Shown piece after piece: positions 37,624 through 52,974 of a stretch of 64,000 bases of DNA. The position numbers were made by a program, and so were the translations under genes. Position 1 is the stretch's first letter; each line of letters opens with the position of its first letter. The stretch covers positions 62,001-126,000 of the forward strand of contig RSEE01000110.1 of the NCBI GenBank assembly GCA_003971905.1, given 5' to 3'. The notes below the pieces were generated by a model. The model was not told where the DNA came from, did not search any database, and saw only the letters and a program-made list of their open reading frames with translations. This DNA is from Moniliella sp. 'wahieum'. Lineage: Eukaryota.

Positions 37624-38680
37624 ATGCCGCCTCGCCTCCGTGTGCTCGCCGGCGGCACACGCGACACCCTCGCGCCGGTCCACGTCAACGACGATGCACA
37701 CCGCTAGCCATCAAGACTGACTCTTTTGATGGTCTGTTGACAGTGCGCATTAAGAACTTCCCCGATCCCGATCGTCCCGAGGCTAGCGACGCACCTTACT
37801 TCCATCACGACTATGGCCAGCAAGTCACCTGGAGTATTCAGTTCCAAGGCCGCTTCCTGGCCCCTGTTTCCGCTGATGATTTACTGTGGGGGAATGAATT
37901 TGATGAACCGGTTCGGGTACGTCGCTGTCTCTACCTTCCATGGGACTCATGGCATTACTGACTTGCACTGTGTTCCATATGTACAGGACAGTCTGCCTTA
38001 CGGAACTAGCCTAGCACTTCAGGTGATGATGAAATTCATCGACCCTAACCTGACCCAAGATTTGTATGCGGACCAGCCCTGGGCACTGTCGCCTCTGGTA
38101 GCCACGATGCCGAGGATGCGTAGAACAAGGTAACTGCTCAAGAGACGTGGCCTGCTTTCCCTGCGCCCCCACCTTTGGGGGAGGGGTACATTCAAGATGA
38201 TGTTTCACCTCTGCTGCCTGAGGGGGAGGAAGAGCTAAAGGTCCAACTTTCCTCTGGTCTTCTACCCCCGCTTCAGACAAAGGGAAAACGTCCACTAAGG
38301 CGTGGTCCCAAGCCCCTGCCTCAGCCAAAGCGCGTTGTTTCTTACTTTTCCTCTGCGAAACATCGGACAAGTGTGCAATTTGGGCCAGACGACCTCGTAA
38401 CTGCCGACTTTGCACATGGTATGGTCGATTTCGGCTCGCTCACACTTCAATTGCCCACCTTTGGATTGGCGCTTCGTGGGCGCTAGCATTGACATCCGCA
38501 AGTATTGGAATGGACGGCGGTCTATTTTGTCGCCCGTGACCGTCGCAAGAAAGGAGAAGAGGGGGTGTTCTTTTTGGTTCAGTACGTTTTGTTAGGCCGG
38601 ACTCTGGGCATAGTATGTACCCTTACCTGACGTTGATCTTCTGACCTTTTCTTTCTAGGTTCTCGTTGGCGGATGAATAG
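37624..38680 (+). CDS. DUF1769 family protein
   Basis: MPPRLRVLAG..FDGLLTVRIKNF..TWSIQFQGRF..DDLLWGNEFDEPVR, intron, DSLPYGTSLAL..FIDPNLTQDLYADQPWALSPL..DIRKYWNG. Final intron about 38582-38658. Confidence 0.82.
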
Positions 38681-39149
38681 AACCCACGCGTGAGATCTGA
38701 GAACACACAGGTTTCTATACTGTTTTTCCCCCCCTTGGTGGAATTCCACAAGGATGATCCATGAATGGGGGCACTTTGATTGAACTCGTAGTGTAGATGT
38801 TTGCTATTTATGTCTTCGCCCTTAGTATTTGTTGAGCACATACATCTATTCTCGACGGATACAGGGTGTCAAATATCGACGAGGGTAGTAGGATACCCGT
38901 GTCAAACATCCAGCTATATAGTACCTTTGCAATATATTGGAGCACGGCCCTCAATCTCTACAGACTGATGATCATCTATGACCCTTGCACGGGAGAATAA
39001 TCAAGCCATCAGTTACACTATTTGGAATCGTAGAGCACGGGCTTGCCGACAACAAGAAAAGAGAGGGGGTTTCACCAAAGTGATGTAAAAGAAAAGTAGT
39101 GTTGGTTGGTTCAAAGGCGGGTTCAGGTCCCTGACCTTCACGTATATGT

Positions 39150-41703
39150 TTACGCGACCGGGAGGGAAAGACGAATGTCCCGGGAGCTTGCACCAATAAG
39201 GAGGTTGGTCGTTCCATGGGGAACAACCCACTTATGGTGCTTGGCGCTCCAGACAGACAGGTCGTATGTGTTAAGCGTCCAAGTCACCGTCTTGGTCTCG
39301 CCCTTCGCCAGAGCAAAGCGGTCAAACTTGCGCAACACCTTGGGCGGCTCTCCGCTCGAGGGTGGGAAGGAAAGGTACGCCTGCGGCACCTCAAACCCAT
39401 CAAGGGTACCATTGTTGGTAATGTCAAAGCTAAAGGAAAACACGTCATCAAACAGCTCCGGAGGGTACGCGTGCGAGCACAAGGAGGAATTGAACAGCTG
39501 CTTTCCGGGGAGGAAGGCGCCCGTGGAGTTAGCGTAGTCAAACGTGGTGTAAGACAGACCGTGTCCGAAGGGGTAACGAGGCGTAGGCGCTCCCGGCGAG
39601 TCGAACCAGCGGTAGTCGACATGCAAGCCCTCCCAGTACTTGATCTCGGTGCGTTGCATTCGTCGTGTATACCACATCCGCGCTGTAATCTTCGCGTTTC
39701 TTGGCAATAGTGAAAGGCAGACGGCCACTGGGGTTGACGCGGCCGTATAGAACATCAGCCACTGCGTTCCCGGCCTCACTACCAGCCATGCCGGCCCACA
39801 GCACCGCGGTCACGTTGGGGTGCTCGATCCACTCTTCAACCTCCACCTGTGCTCCCGAGTGGATGACAACAATGGTGTTGTTCACAGCAGCCACATTCTT
39901 GACCATCTTGTTGCCGTCGTTCCAAGCAGTAAGGTTGTTCCGGTCGCCCGCGTTTCCGTCGACAGTGAAGGCTTCCCCCGAGTCACTGAAGATAAACACA
40001 ACCCCCCTGGGCCGGAGCAGCGATCGTTTGAGCTTGCACGTAGTCGGTGTCATTGAATGTCCAGGCCAAACCTGCGGTCTTGGTACACTTGTCTGGAAAC
40101 CGTGTGTGCAACATTAAAGCATTGTTAGTATTTTTCGTCCTTCATATACGCAACATGGCAATAAATGAGAACTTAGGAGGCACGAAACGTACTGGGCAAT
40201 GGCCTCATACGGCGAGACGAGGTAGGCATAAGTTCCCGTGCCACTCCCCCAACCTGTTCCGATGACTCCGTCAACGCCCGTGTTGACAAGGAAGTAGTTA
40301 AGCCCGTTATGGGCTGGCGCAGCATCAGATCCAATGAGAGCCAACTTCTTAGGTTTGTTGAGGGGGAGCCCACCCGTGTTCTTGAGCAACACCGTGCCTG
40401 CGGCAGCGACCTCCCGGGCCACGCTGGAATGGTTTTGAGACATGGCGTTGACCGCCTGCTGGTCCGTCGCATTGGCTGGTTCAATGGCTGAGAAGTTGGG
40501 GATAGGGTAAATCATCTGACCGAGCATGTACCAGGGTGTCAAAATACGTGATGCCATATCATCCACCCGTTCGATGGGCACCGATCCATTCTTGATTTCA
40601 ACCAGAAGATTCTTGCCCCAATACGAGGTGAGATTCCCATTAGGCCCCGGAACAACAGGAAGCGGGTTGAAGTCCCCTGCGGCACTGAAACCGTAGGGGG
40701 CCGAGTCGATTTCACCTGGCATGGACATGTCGAGCCCTGCATTAGCCGACTTGGCGCCTGAGTGGTGGGCTCCCCAATCCGACATCACATAGCCATTAAA
40801 TTCCATCTCGTGCTTGAGGATCGTGTTGAGGGTTTCATCGTTCTCGCACGCATATGTACCGTTGACTTCGTTGTAACTGCACATGACTGAGGCCACATCA
40901 GCCTGCACACTGCGGAGGAAAGGATGGAGGTAGATCTCTCTCAGCGGACGCTCTTCAGCCACCGCCCTGAGTCACAATATGTATATCAGTATACGTGCGG
41001 CCAATGAGAGCAGTAGAGGTCCCACGGAACGGCGTATGAGAAACGTACGAGTAGTTGTTGCGAGCATGTTCTTGATCATTGAGGATATAGTGCTTGGCAC
41101 AGGCCTGGACGCCCGTTGACTGAACACCTTGGATGGTATGGTAGGCAGCTTCACCACAGAGGTAAGCGTCTGCACCGCACATTTCCCAGCTTCGTCCCAT
41201 CTCTGGAGCACGTAGCATGTTCATGCCGGGGCCCAGTTGGACATTGGCCCCTTTGGCACGGAACTCCTCGCCCATACCAACGCCGCGGGCACGGGTGAGA
41301 TTCGAGCTGAATGTGGCAGCAGTGGTGATGCCTGTGGGCCAAACTGTAACCAAGTCGGCTCCACGTACACCCAGAGGTCCGTCCTGTAGACACAAGCCCT
41401 TAAACCCGATCTTTTCGAGAGGCCAAATGTTGCCAACGCACTGGCCAGCCAACCACCCGGTGCCTGTCACAAGCCAAACCTTTTCTTCGTCGGTGAGCTT
41501 GGCCACGGCCTGCTTGGCCTTCGCGATCGCCTCGACCCAACGGCCGGTACCATTGGTCTGCAGTGCGGGCGTTGGAACGGTTGAACGGGGGAGATTGAAC
41601 GTTTCAACGCCAGTCCAGCCAAGAACCGGTCGGGTTCAGGGTAAGGATAGGCTTGAACGAGATGGACGGCTGCAAGAGCCAGTAATAGAACTTGGCGTAG
41701 CAT
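39150..41703 (-). CDS. Secreted GH3 beta-glucosidase
   Basis: Signal peptide MLRQVLLLALAAVHLVQA; LCLQDGPLGVR; ACAKHYILNDQE; SVMCSYN; nucleophile motif GYVMSDWGA; GRVNPSGRLPFT; YPFGHGLSYTTF; Fn3-like EVPQAYL..PKVLRKF. Confidence 0.95.
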
Positions 41704-41924
41704 CGGCAGGAAAACCCCAGTACCGATATTGGTAACAATGAGAGAAGGTGGTGCGGTTGATGTCGGGTACAACTTTAGATGGATAGCGATGGAAATGAAG
41801 AGATGTTTATACTTAAGTATGCAGATCCCCCGGTGCCGGTCCAAAGGAGAACAATCTCCTCACAGTATGGGGGCTTGCATGCTTCTGAGACCAGTGTGTG
41901 TTGGGCCCCGCGGGCTCGCATGCT

Positions 41925-42964
41925 CATGTCACACATGTCACATGTCACATGTACGAAATGGCTAGGACTAGGGGACTTCATAGAGGCATAGGGTTAATTT
42001 GTAGGTCCTACTATATTAATGGTGGGTGGTATTCTAGGTTTTTGCAAGTGGACGTCCTCTTCGTGCCCCGCACGTCACATGTCCCCTGTCCATGTCAGCG
42101 ATCATCGATCATCATGCATCATGTCATGAATGAGATGGAGAGAACTTGGTGGGACGATAGATAGTACAAGAATAACCGGTAACTAGTAACTGGTAAGGCC
42201 GGTAATCCCCATGGAGAGACGAGCATGTGGGGTGCCGGTGATCGATGACCTGATATATCAAGCTTCAAGCTGAAACTTCACTTGAAGCATTAGGTGCCCC
42301 GCAATGACAACGGCAGAATCTACTCGGAACGGAATGATTAATGAAGCGCCCTGCGATGGAAACACATCAACAGATGGACGGATTGTATAAAATCAGAAGA
42401 TCTTTTCTGTGATACGCTGATGATGTGTGTGATATCTACTGTCATCGTCTGCCTCAGGCCGGCTAGTGACTTCGCTCCTATTTCTATTTCATTCGTCCCG
42501 AGCGTCTCGCCCCTTCCCTAGTCCCTGTTCTTCAGCTTCGCACCGTGTCCTTTGCTCTTGCTTCCTCCCCACGAACGATTGCTGACATGCATCCCTTGAC
42601 CGGTGACCTCTAGTTCCGACTCTGGCTGACCTCTCCCTCGCCCTAGCCCCGACTGTGACATCTACCCTTTTGTTTTTCTTGGCACTGAGGGCCTCGGTGG
42701 TCCGATTCAGTTTCTTCTCTCACATCTTTTCCTGTGCGCGGATCGTTGCCTTACGCGTTACGCGTTACGCGTTACGGGACTCAATGTCGCATGATATACA
42801 TGACGCATGCATGATTGTTATGGCCCGCGAACTTTACGTGACATGTGACAAGACAGCAGCTCCTCTCTGTTTTTAACACTTTTGAGTCGGAATGGGATCT
42901 CTAGTTGCTAGTTGACGCTGAAGCGCTAAAGCTTTTTGAAGCTTGAAGCTTGAAGCTTGAAGCC
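41925..42964. repeat. Dense cluster of TNA-palindrome heptamer arrays upstream of GH3
   Basis: (TCACATG)n 41938; TAA-CCGG-TAA-CTAG-TAA-CTGG-TAA-GGCC 42173; TGA-TCGA-TGA 42239; TGA-TATA-TCA-AGCT-TCA-AGCT 42251; (TTACGCG)3 42751; (TGAAGCT)3 42937. Confidence 0.9.
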
Positions 42965-43685
42965 CTTACGAATGAAACCCCCCACAAAAAGGGCTCAGAG
43001 TGCCTGAGAAGGAACGGGTGTGCCGGCCGAATGGCGAGATGCCGGCAAGCAGCAAACACGATTTTGTTGCAGCTTTGACCATAATGCACATAACTGAAAA
43101 AATGGGGGTTAGGACGACGCACTAGACTGGGCGATCAATGGGTAAGCGCGATAAATTGGTCACACCAGTGAGAGCCCAGAACCGCCGTTGTCGGTGAATG
43201 TTTTTAACTGAGAAGTTGCTACGCCACCAAGCTGTCATCGGCCTCGCCACTACCATATGATGTGAGCCCTCAGCTGAGCACTGAACGTCGTATTGGACTC
43301 AGGAGCTTCTGCGACTGAATCGTCCAGAAGTCTGGTGCGAGCTTGGAAGGAATGAAAACTGACTCACGTGACTCAGTGTCCGCGCGGTGTCCTAGGACGG
43401 ATGTCAACACAAAACTAAAAAGGACGATTGCACTGTGCAGAGTGGGTACAGTCAGAGATAGCTTCTCGTAAGCTACTGACGCTAGTTCGACCTTCAATGC
43501 AACAGGGAGAAGAGGAAGGAGGGGAACGAGGGCGCGACGGTAACCAACCCGGAGCAGGCTAGTCGCGGAACTCTAGCGATGTTGAGAACCATCGGGTCGC
43601 TCGTGCTTTGGCTAATGTCCCTTCAGTTCCTCCTCACAGGCGTGGGAGTTCCGTTTTTCTCTCTCCTGTTTTTCCAAGGGTTCCG

Positions 43686-43924
43686 CAGCTTAGCGCTAAG
43701 CTTAGCGCTTATTCCCGGCCTCAGGCACAGGCCTCAGCACTCCAGGTCTTAGACGACAGACTGAGTACTTCAAGCTTCAAGCTCTTCAAGCTTCAATTAA
43801 GCCATCACACCAACAAGTGGTGCCACATGCCGCCATACTCCAACAAAATAACCGCTAAAAAGCGCTAACCGGTAACCGGTAACCCGATGTAATCCGATGT
43901 AACCCGATGTCACATGTCAGATCA
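43686..43924. repeat. TNA-palindrome arrays plus a 10-bp repeat (TAACCCGATG)x3
   Basis: TTAGCGCTAAGCTTAGCGCTTA; TCAAGCTTCAAGC; TAA-CCGG-TAA-CCGG-TAA 43866 running into TAACCCGATG-TAATCCGATG-TAACCCGATG-TCA-CATG-TCA-GATC. Confidence 0.8.
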
Positions 43925-44879
43925 CCCTCGACAGGCTTTTAGGCCTTAGGAAGGCCACTCTCTTGGGTGCGTCCCTGATACTTGGCGTTCTTGTCGCATT
44001 CTGCTTGTTCCAGCAGCCGAAGCAGCTCCTTCTCTCGGCGTTCCAAAGGCGTCGCGGTGCTCTCCTGCACCACCTGCGGTACGCGCTCTGCGCCTCCTAC
44101 GATCCTGTGTCGCGCAGCAAGTGGTCCACCTCCAAGCTCCATTCCTGATCCTCCGATTGCTCCGGGCCCCATCACGCGGTAGTCGGTGCGCAGCGCCTTC
44201 CCCGCGCGCCTCGACCCATCCTCTTCCTCCACAGCAGGTTCCTTGAGGGCGTGGGTGTAGGGGATGGAGCGCACGAGATGGATAATCGATAATGGGCTCC
44301 CGTACTGCCTCGTGCAACCCGATAAACTTGGCCTGGGTGTGGGCGCAAGCCATGATGTGCTCCAGCGAGGACAAGACGTCTCACTTACACATGCTGCGCG
44401 TGGAGCGGCACAGCGTGCGGAGCTGGAGACAGACCTGAGTCTGCTTGTCAGAGAGCCGGAGAGGCACGGGGCGGATGGAATGGCGGAGAGCCAATGTGGC
44501 TCACAGTTTTTATAAACTGAAGTCCTGCAAAAGCTACTTCAGACCTCTGATTGATCTCAGTACTAGTAAGGCAGCACACAGGCAGACCATAAATTCTTTT
44601 GAAAAACACTTTTGATGGAGAGAAAAAGCAACTGAATAACTAAAAGTGTCCAAACAGAAAAGGGGGAGATGCATGAAAGAGGAGAGGGTGTATAGTGGAA
44701 CGAGAGAAAGGTCAGACGCCCATGGCAAATGGCGTCCACGATGATAAATGTCGTGTCGCCCGGGTTTCCATAACTGGGCGTGAAGAGAGAGCAGACGTAT
44801 ATAGGCAGGGATCGTGAATGCGGTATTTGAGCGTGACTGATAAAGGGTAAAAACTGCCATGAAGGCAGATATAAAGGGA

Positions 44880-47038
<2,159 letters not shown>

Positions 47039-48665
47039 CTTTAGATCGGTAAACGGTGGGAGGTGTGGAGGTTGGAAGAAGGCAGGGAGACAACACTTTT
47101 GTTCCCTCTCTGACCCGCGGCAGGCTATATGTCCCTTGCCTGTTCGCAGCGCGAGCGCGAGCTGCCTTGCGCGCGGAGAGGCAGCATCCGGCCAGTGTCG
47201 TCCTGTCAGCCCACAAGACATTTCCTCTGCCTTGTGCCTGGTCACTCCCACAGACATGTATAGCGAGAGGGCAGTGTTTTGTGAGGCATCTTACCCTGGG
47301 AAAGAGTGCAGACATGGCCCTCTGCTGGGGGATCGGCATTTTTGGATCGTCGTGCAAGTGATTTCAGTGAGGTTTGTCTTTAACGTCAAGCAAAAGGTTC
47401 AACGTCACGCGTCACTAGCTCGCGTCAAGCGTCCCTAGTCCACTATACGGGTTAGCAACGCCGCCTCCATATAGGCCCTAGGTATGAATTCGTGCGAATG
47501 TGCGCCGTGGGATCTGAGAGCCAACGTAGCTAACTCACGGGGATTGATAGTGAGAAGTAATAAGTACGTTGACGCAGTTGATGCTGGCGGCGCGCAGTGT
47601 ATCATGCATTTCTGTTGTTCGCGCTGAAGACGCCAAACCACATAATGATGGTAAATGACGGCACGGACAGGCATGATGTGGCCACAAAAATGATATGGTG
47701 GACGCGTGGACACCGGGTAACGTGCTGTGTAGTGCACTAGTCTCTCGGTGGTCAATTCCGTATACGCGCACCGCGCACCAAGGAGGGGTCGATGGATCTG
47801 CATGAACGAGGACAATCCGCAAAACATTGCGTGGTCAACGTTCAAAACGTTCAACCGGCAGCGGTGTCCACACTCTCAGAACAGATAGAGCGAGAATATG
47901 ACAAGTTGTGCATACTGGACGCCGCGGGCTCGCACGCCTATAGTCAAGAGGACGAAACGTGGTGACGAGCCGGGCTGTCTACTAAACGGGTGAGACCTAT
48001 CAGATATCATGGTAAATGTCTCAAGATTTCTTCGGGGTCTACTTTAATATTCTCCCCAGAACAAACAAAAAGCGTATATTAGAGGGGGGTGAACCGATCA
48101 AGCTAAGTGCCAACGGTTAATGCACTGGTTCGATATTGTCTGCACATATCTACTATCGAATATTGACCTCAATGACCTTCTCTGGCTCAGATAGTTTGTG
48201 TATCCCGGTTGCTAGTATGCCTATCAGTTTAGGTGGTGGTCATCAGGCTGGATAGAGTGGCCCCTGTCCGTGGGAAGGTCTAGCCGATCCGAATGTTGAG
48301 TAGTGACAGTTTTCTACATGTGAAGGTCACAATGTGTCGGTAGACCGACGAGGTGTGTGCAGCACAATGCCGGGGAAAGCAAGTGACAGCCATCAAAACG
48401 TCACCTGTAATTCAGACGTTCAAAAATGCTCAACAAGAGCGTGGCACATTCTGCAGTTTGCAGTTCTTGCGCGCAACGGAAGGCCGGTTTGCCAGCGTAT
48501 GACAGACATGAGAAACATGTGACAGTGGTTGCGGGGGGCCACAATGCGTCAGGCAACCACGGTCAACTGAAGCGAGTCACTCCGTGCTCCGCAAGAAAGA
48601 GCAATCGTCCTTGTCACTGCGACGTATGTGCCCCGGGACGCAGAGAAGCGATTGAGAAAGAGAAG

Positions 48666-50451
48666 CTAAATGCGGGGGCTAGCTCGGTCTGGGGTTTCTT
48701 TGTAAGGTGGCTTCTTTTGCCTTTTTATCTGGAGCGGATGCTTGAGCGGAAGCCGTAGCAGAGTTGGGGACAGAGGTTGAACCAGACCCTTTCGGGGGCG
48801 GGGGGGGGGGGGACGTTTGAGGATCGATATCTTACCCGCTGGGGGGAGTTCGAAGGGGTGTGGATGGCCAGAGGGAGACTTTTCTTTCCTCCCTTGGGAG
48901 GGGGAGGGGGAGTGGGAGGGTTCGCATTCTCCTTCTCGCCTCTTTGGTCTTCTTCCTTGGGCTTCTCCATGGGTTTTCTCCTTGAGCTTCTCTTTAGCTT
49001 TTCCTTTCTTTTTCCTTGGGGTTTCCTTGGGTTTTCCCTTGATGTATCCTTCTCTTCCTTTGTCCTTTTTCACCTCGCTATCCTTCTCTTTCTTTTCTTG
49101 TCTTGGCATCCTCAGGCTTGGCCTTGCTCTGATCCAGCTTCTCTTTACCCTTATCCCGACCCTTCTGCGTTTTCTCCGCTGCATCCTCAGATGCTCCAAA
49201 GCGGCGTAGAGCGGGCCATGGCTCTTGGGCAAGGCGGGCTTCTTGTGCCTTTGCCTCGGTAGATGCCAGTAAGGACGCGGCAGCTGCGCATCTGAAAGGG
49301 AAGCGGCCTTCGTCTCTTCTTCGGCTGTGGCTTCTCCTCCTTTTCCTTCAAGAGGTCAAGGAAAGCAATGTACTTCCGGATCATGCTCAATCGTTCCCAC
49401 CCTCTGGGCCTCCATACGTTTTCTCCGTTCCCCTTGGGCTCTGGCACTTTCTGATGAGGGGCAGACTCGATCTGGGTAACACTGGTCGTGTTCCTGGTGC
49501 TGTCCCTAAACGTGTGGCCTTGGAATGCACCCACAAACGCACCCAGCGCTTCATCCGAGACGAAACTGATGTAGGCTCGAGAGGGGATGGTGGGCTTGGC
49601 GCTTCCCCTGTGATAAGTATTATTAGCTGCCTGCCTGTGAGGCGGAGACAGAAGAGAATGGCGGGGACGTACGTAGCACGTTGCTTGCCTTGCACATAAC
49701 TGATCCACTTGGCCGTAACATTCAAAAAGTCGATGTCAGAGTAGGGCTGTGCGGCGGCCTCCCTCGCTGCAAGAAGAGAGGGCTCAATCGGTTTACGTTG
49801 AGGCTTGGGAGGCGCTGAATTCGCCTCTTCGACGGAAGGAGGGCTAGCCTTAGTATCATTGGTACGGGAAGAGAGGGGAAACTGCAGGCACATCAGTTGC
49901 CTCGACAACGTCTCCTGCAAGTACCTTCTTGGCCGCATCTACTTGGGCAGCGGTACGCACCCAGGGTAGGATGCTCGCCCAGAAAACTTTCTCGGGCAAT
50001 GCTGCCGGCAAATGTCGCACGACAACCTTGAGACGGGGCTTACGCTCATGCTTGGTAGCTGGACCCCCGTCCTCCTTCTTTTTCCTCGTCCGCTGTTTCT
50101 TCTTGGGTTTGGCTTTGTCCTCCTCCGCCTCGACCTCCTTCTCTGAAGGCTTCAGTTCGGATGAGGTAGCCCCCTTCTGGCCCTCAGGCGCATCTTTGGA
50201 CGTCTTCTTGGCCTTCTTGATTTCCTCTCTCTTAAGACGCAACTTCTCCTTCTTAGCCGCGGCCTTGGCTCCTTCCGGGCCTGTTCCTGGGGGTCCAGCG
50301 GCGCCGAGGGTGGCTCGGTAGGTTTCTTAGGATCCTTCGGAGGAGGGTTGACCTTGGTAACCTGTTTACCCTTACCTTTTCCCTTATCGGTGCTCGCCGA
50401 CGGTGTGGACGAAGCCGGGGCGTGGCTGGACGAGGTCGGGGACGACGACAT
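48666..50451 (-). CDS. UPF3: Nonsense-mediated decay factor Upf3 (Smg-4/UPF3 RRM-like domain; 3' end approximate)
   Basis: RLKVVVRHLPAALPEKVFW; WISYVQGK, intron, KPTIPSRAYISF..FVGAFQGHTFRD..IESAPHQKVP; YIAFL; K/E-rich tail. Confidence 0.85.
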
Positions 50452-50671
50452 GCTTACCAGTGCATGGAGGTGGTGGGCCGCCGAGTTGCCGCCGCTACGC
50501 CCTGAGCACCTGAGCAGCCTGAGCGTCCTGAACGTGTTGAACGTTCAAGTTGAACCCTGCACCGCTCACGATAATTTCAAAAGCAACCCAGTGTGAGCTT
50601 ACGTACACCACGCTCCCTTCTTTCTTCCTCTGGGCCTCCTACGGCAAGCCCAGCCTACCACTGCCATCGTC

Positions 50672-51138
50672 ATGTTGGGACTGTCTGGACTGCGGATGCT
50701 CAACCGCACCACTGGTGCCATTGCTGGTGCCGCACTCGGAGTGCTGGCCCCCGCGCCCGTATTGGGAGCGCTGCGGCCTTCCATGCCAGCACTCGGCGGC
50801 CTACTGTGGAAGCGCCGTGGCCGTCTCGGACCCGAGCAAAAGCGCAGGCAACGCCAACGCCTGGCCAATGTCGACAAGGTCATTGCCACTCTCGCTGATA
50901 GCGGGGTACAACTGCGTGCACTGCAGCGCTATCACGCTTCTTTCCCCACTGTGGACGAAATGCCCGCCAAGGACAAGTACACCCACTACTCGCGCAATGC
51001 CCGGGGCTACCGTAAGCCCCTGAACCATGTATGCAACCTCGCGTGTTCTTCCGGACCTTATGCTGACACTCCATTTCTCTCCCCTAGTTCGCCAAGTGGA
51101 CCAAGGTGGACCGCCGTGTCAACCCAATCGGTTTCTAA
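50672..51138 (+). CDS. MRPL31: Mitochondrial ribosomal protein mL60/MrpL31
   Basis: Presequence, then GGLLWK..KRRQRQRLANVDKVI..PTVDEMPAKDKYT..RGYRK, intron 51029-51087, FAKWTKVDRRVNPIGF*. Confidence 0.88.
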
Positions 51139-51820
51139 GTGTATATCGTTCATGCATCTCGCGTCTGTTGCCCTCTTGGAGGATGCGTGATTACAGGTGC
51201 GGAGCAGAGGCCCGAAGGATGCGATCGTAAGCGTCCAGTCCCTCATGGCCGGGAAATATAGGCATCGTCTCAAGCAGAGTGAAAAACAACAGGGAAGTGA
51301 ATGGCACTTTCAAAGCTCTCCGCGGTCGCGAAATGAGGTCAGTTCATGAGACGCAGGACGAGGTTTGGGTGTATCGCCAGTGTGGCATCTACAACAGAGT
51401 GATAAGCGAGGTAAATCCCCCGGTTCCAACAGGAGGGCGAAAGCGGCAATGCCAAGCAGGATCCGGACGTCCATGGGTTCTTTTCTTCCTTGGTAGGGGG
51501 GCGGGTGATTCGACGTAGGCGCAATTCAGCAGGCGTTGGAGACGAGGTTGGTACTGCTGCCCCCACATGCGGGGCGGAATGGAGAGTTCTCATACTCTTC
51601 CCGAGGGGGCGTGTGCGAAGCATTGTTGTGATTGAAGCGAGTAACTGGAGATGTTGCTGCGGCCGGTGGGAGAAGAGCGCTTGGCAGATACGAGACAAAT
51701 GGGGTTTCAATATTTCCTGGAGCACCATGTGTTTCTACTAATGGGACTGGGGATTCGAACTAACTAGCCTACATGGATATGTGCTCGGCCTGCAGCGCGC
51801 TTTCCATCTCAAAAGAAAGA

Positions 51821-52974
51821 CTAAGGCAAGATATCGTTGTCGAGGATGTGGATGGGAATAATGCAGTACAAATGGATTTCACTCGGTCTTTTCTTGCTTG
51901 GGCTTCCGCTCGTCTTTGCTCTCGCTCGAGCGACGCTTCTTGGATTTCTCCTTATCCTTGGAAGAAGAGGAATGGTGCTTCTTCTCTTTGGTTTCATCAC
52001 CTTGTCCTTGGATGAGTGCTTCGATGAGGAGTGGCGACGCTTCTTGTCCTTATCCTTAGACGAACGGTGCTTGTCCTTACTTTTATCCGCCTCTTCTGGT
52101 GTCACCTGCTCTTGCTTGATTGCGGCTTAATGTCCACCTCAGGGACGGACGGATCGTTGGACTCAAACTGGCCACCAGCCGGAGTGGAAATCGCCCCATC
52201 ATCCATAGTCACATCTTCATGTTGGCCTCTTGTGCCGCAACCTCCAGCTGCTCCTCGGTCCCGTCCACAGGTTGGGTACCGACGGCAGCGACAAACTGGG
52301 CACGCAAATCGCGTTGCTGCTGGCCGGAAGGAAATGACGCAATTCCTCCTGTGCCTCGGGGCCAATCAACAGCCTGAGTCTTCCCCCATGCCTTGGTCAA
52401 CTCTTTGCTTCCCACCCCAGCACCGGCCGGGTTAAAAAAGCCATTGAGCTTATGCGATGGTTGGACATGCGGAGTCTTGCGTGCCTCCAGCGCACGCTCA
52501 ACCTTCTTTGCCTCTTCTTGGAGATTTTAATGGGTAACACGCCTCAGCTGGGGGTGCCTGGGCGGCAGGTGGTGGCGCAAGAGCCACAGTAAAGTAATGG
52601 CTGGGACGGGGAACACGGGCCATAGCCCCACGCTGACCAGGGAGGAAAATGTCAAAGTTGGGCATCTCTGCACCGGGGGAGGTTGAGCCAGTCCCTCCTG
52701 CAGAGGAACAGGGACAATTTGGTAATCCACCTTCTCCCCCTTGGGTCCGGCGGAGAAGCGTGCTATGGTGGGAACCCGGCCCTTCTCCAAAGACGAGGTA
52801 AGTGGGAGCTTGAGCCCATCGAGCTCGCTCGCTTTCAGCCTCGCAGGCAGCTTGACCATCCACAGCGCCTTGTCTTTCGCCTGAAGCGCAGGCCCAAGGG
52901 TAGCCGCATCAAATTCGCCTCATCCTGAAAGTCAGCAAGGCGAAAGCCTGATGGCGGCGTGTAGTCTGGGACAT
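51821..52974 (-). CDS. RPA34: RNA polymerase I subunit RPA34.5-like (3' end approximate)
   Basis: DYTPPSGF..ALWMVKLPARLKASELDGLKLPL..FDIFLP; very K/S/H-rich tail typical of A34. Confidence 0.65.

Noticed and set aside
38858..38910. Imperfect ~20-bp direct repeat GGATAC..GTGTCAAA.ATC
   Set aside because: Only two degenerate copies in a 3' gap; no further structure.
41925..43924. Arrays of restriction-site hexamers (AAGCTT, ACGCGT, ACCGGT, ATGCAT, ATCGAT, ACTAGT) suggesting polylinker or vector contamination
   Set aside because: They are dispersed over many intergenic regions, tandem and degenerate, and restricted to A..T hexamers, with no vector backbone.
43939..44480. Small minus-strand ORFs after a TATAAAA box
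   Set aside because: Coding-like composition but no recognisable domain or consistent frame.
44520..44870. Possible solo LTRs (also 32590-32860 and 9160-9330)
   Set aside because: Purine/pyrimidine-skewed and TATA-containing, but no clear TG..CA ends with target duplication and no second copy in the window.
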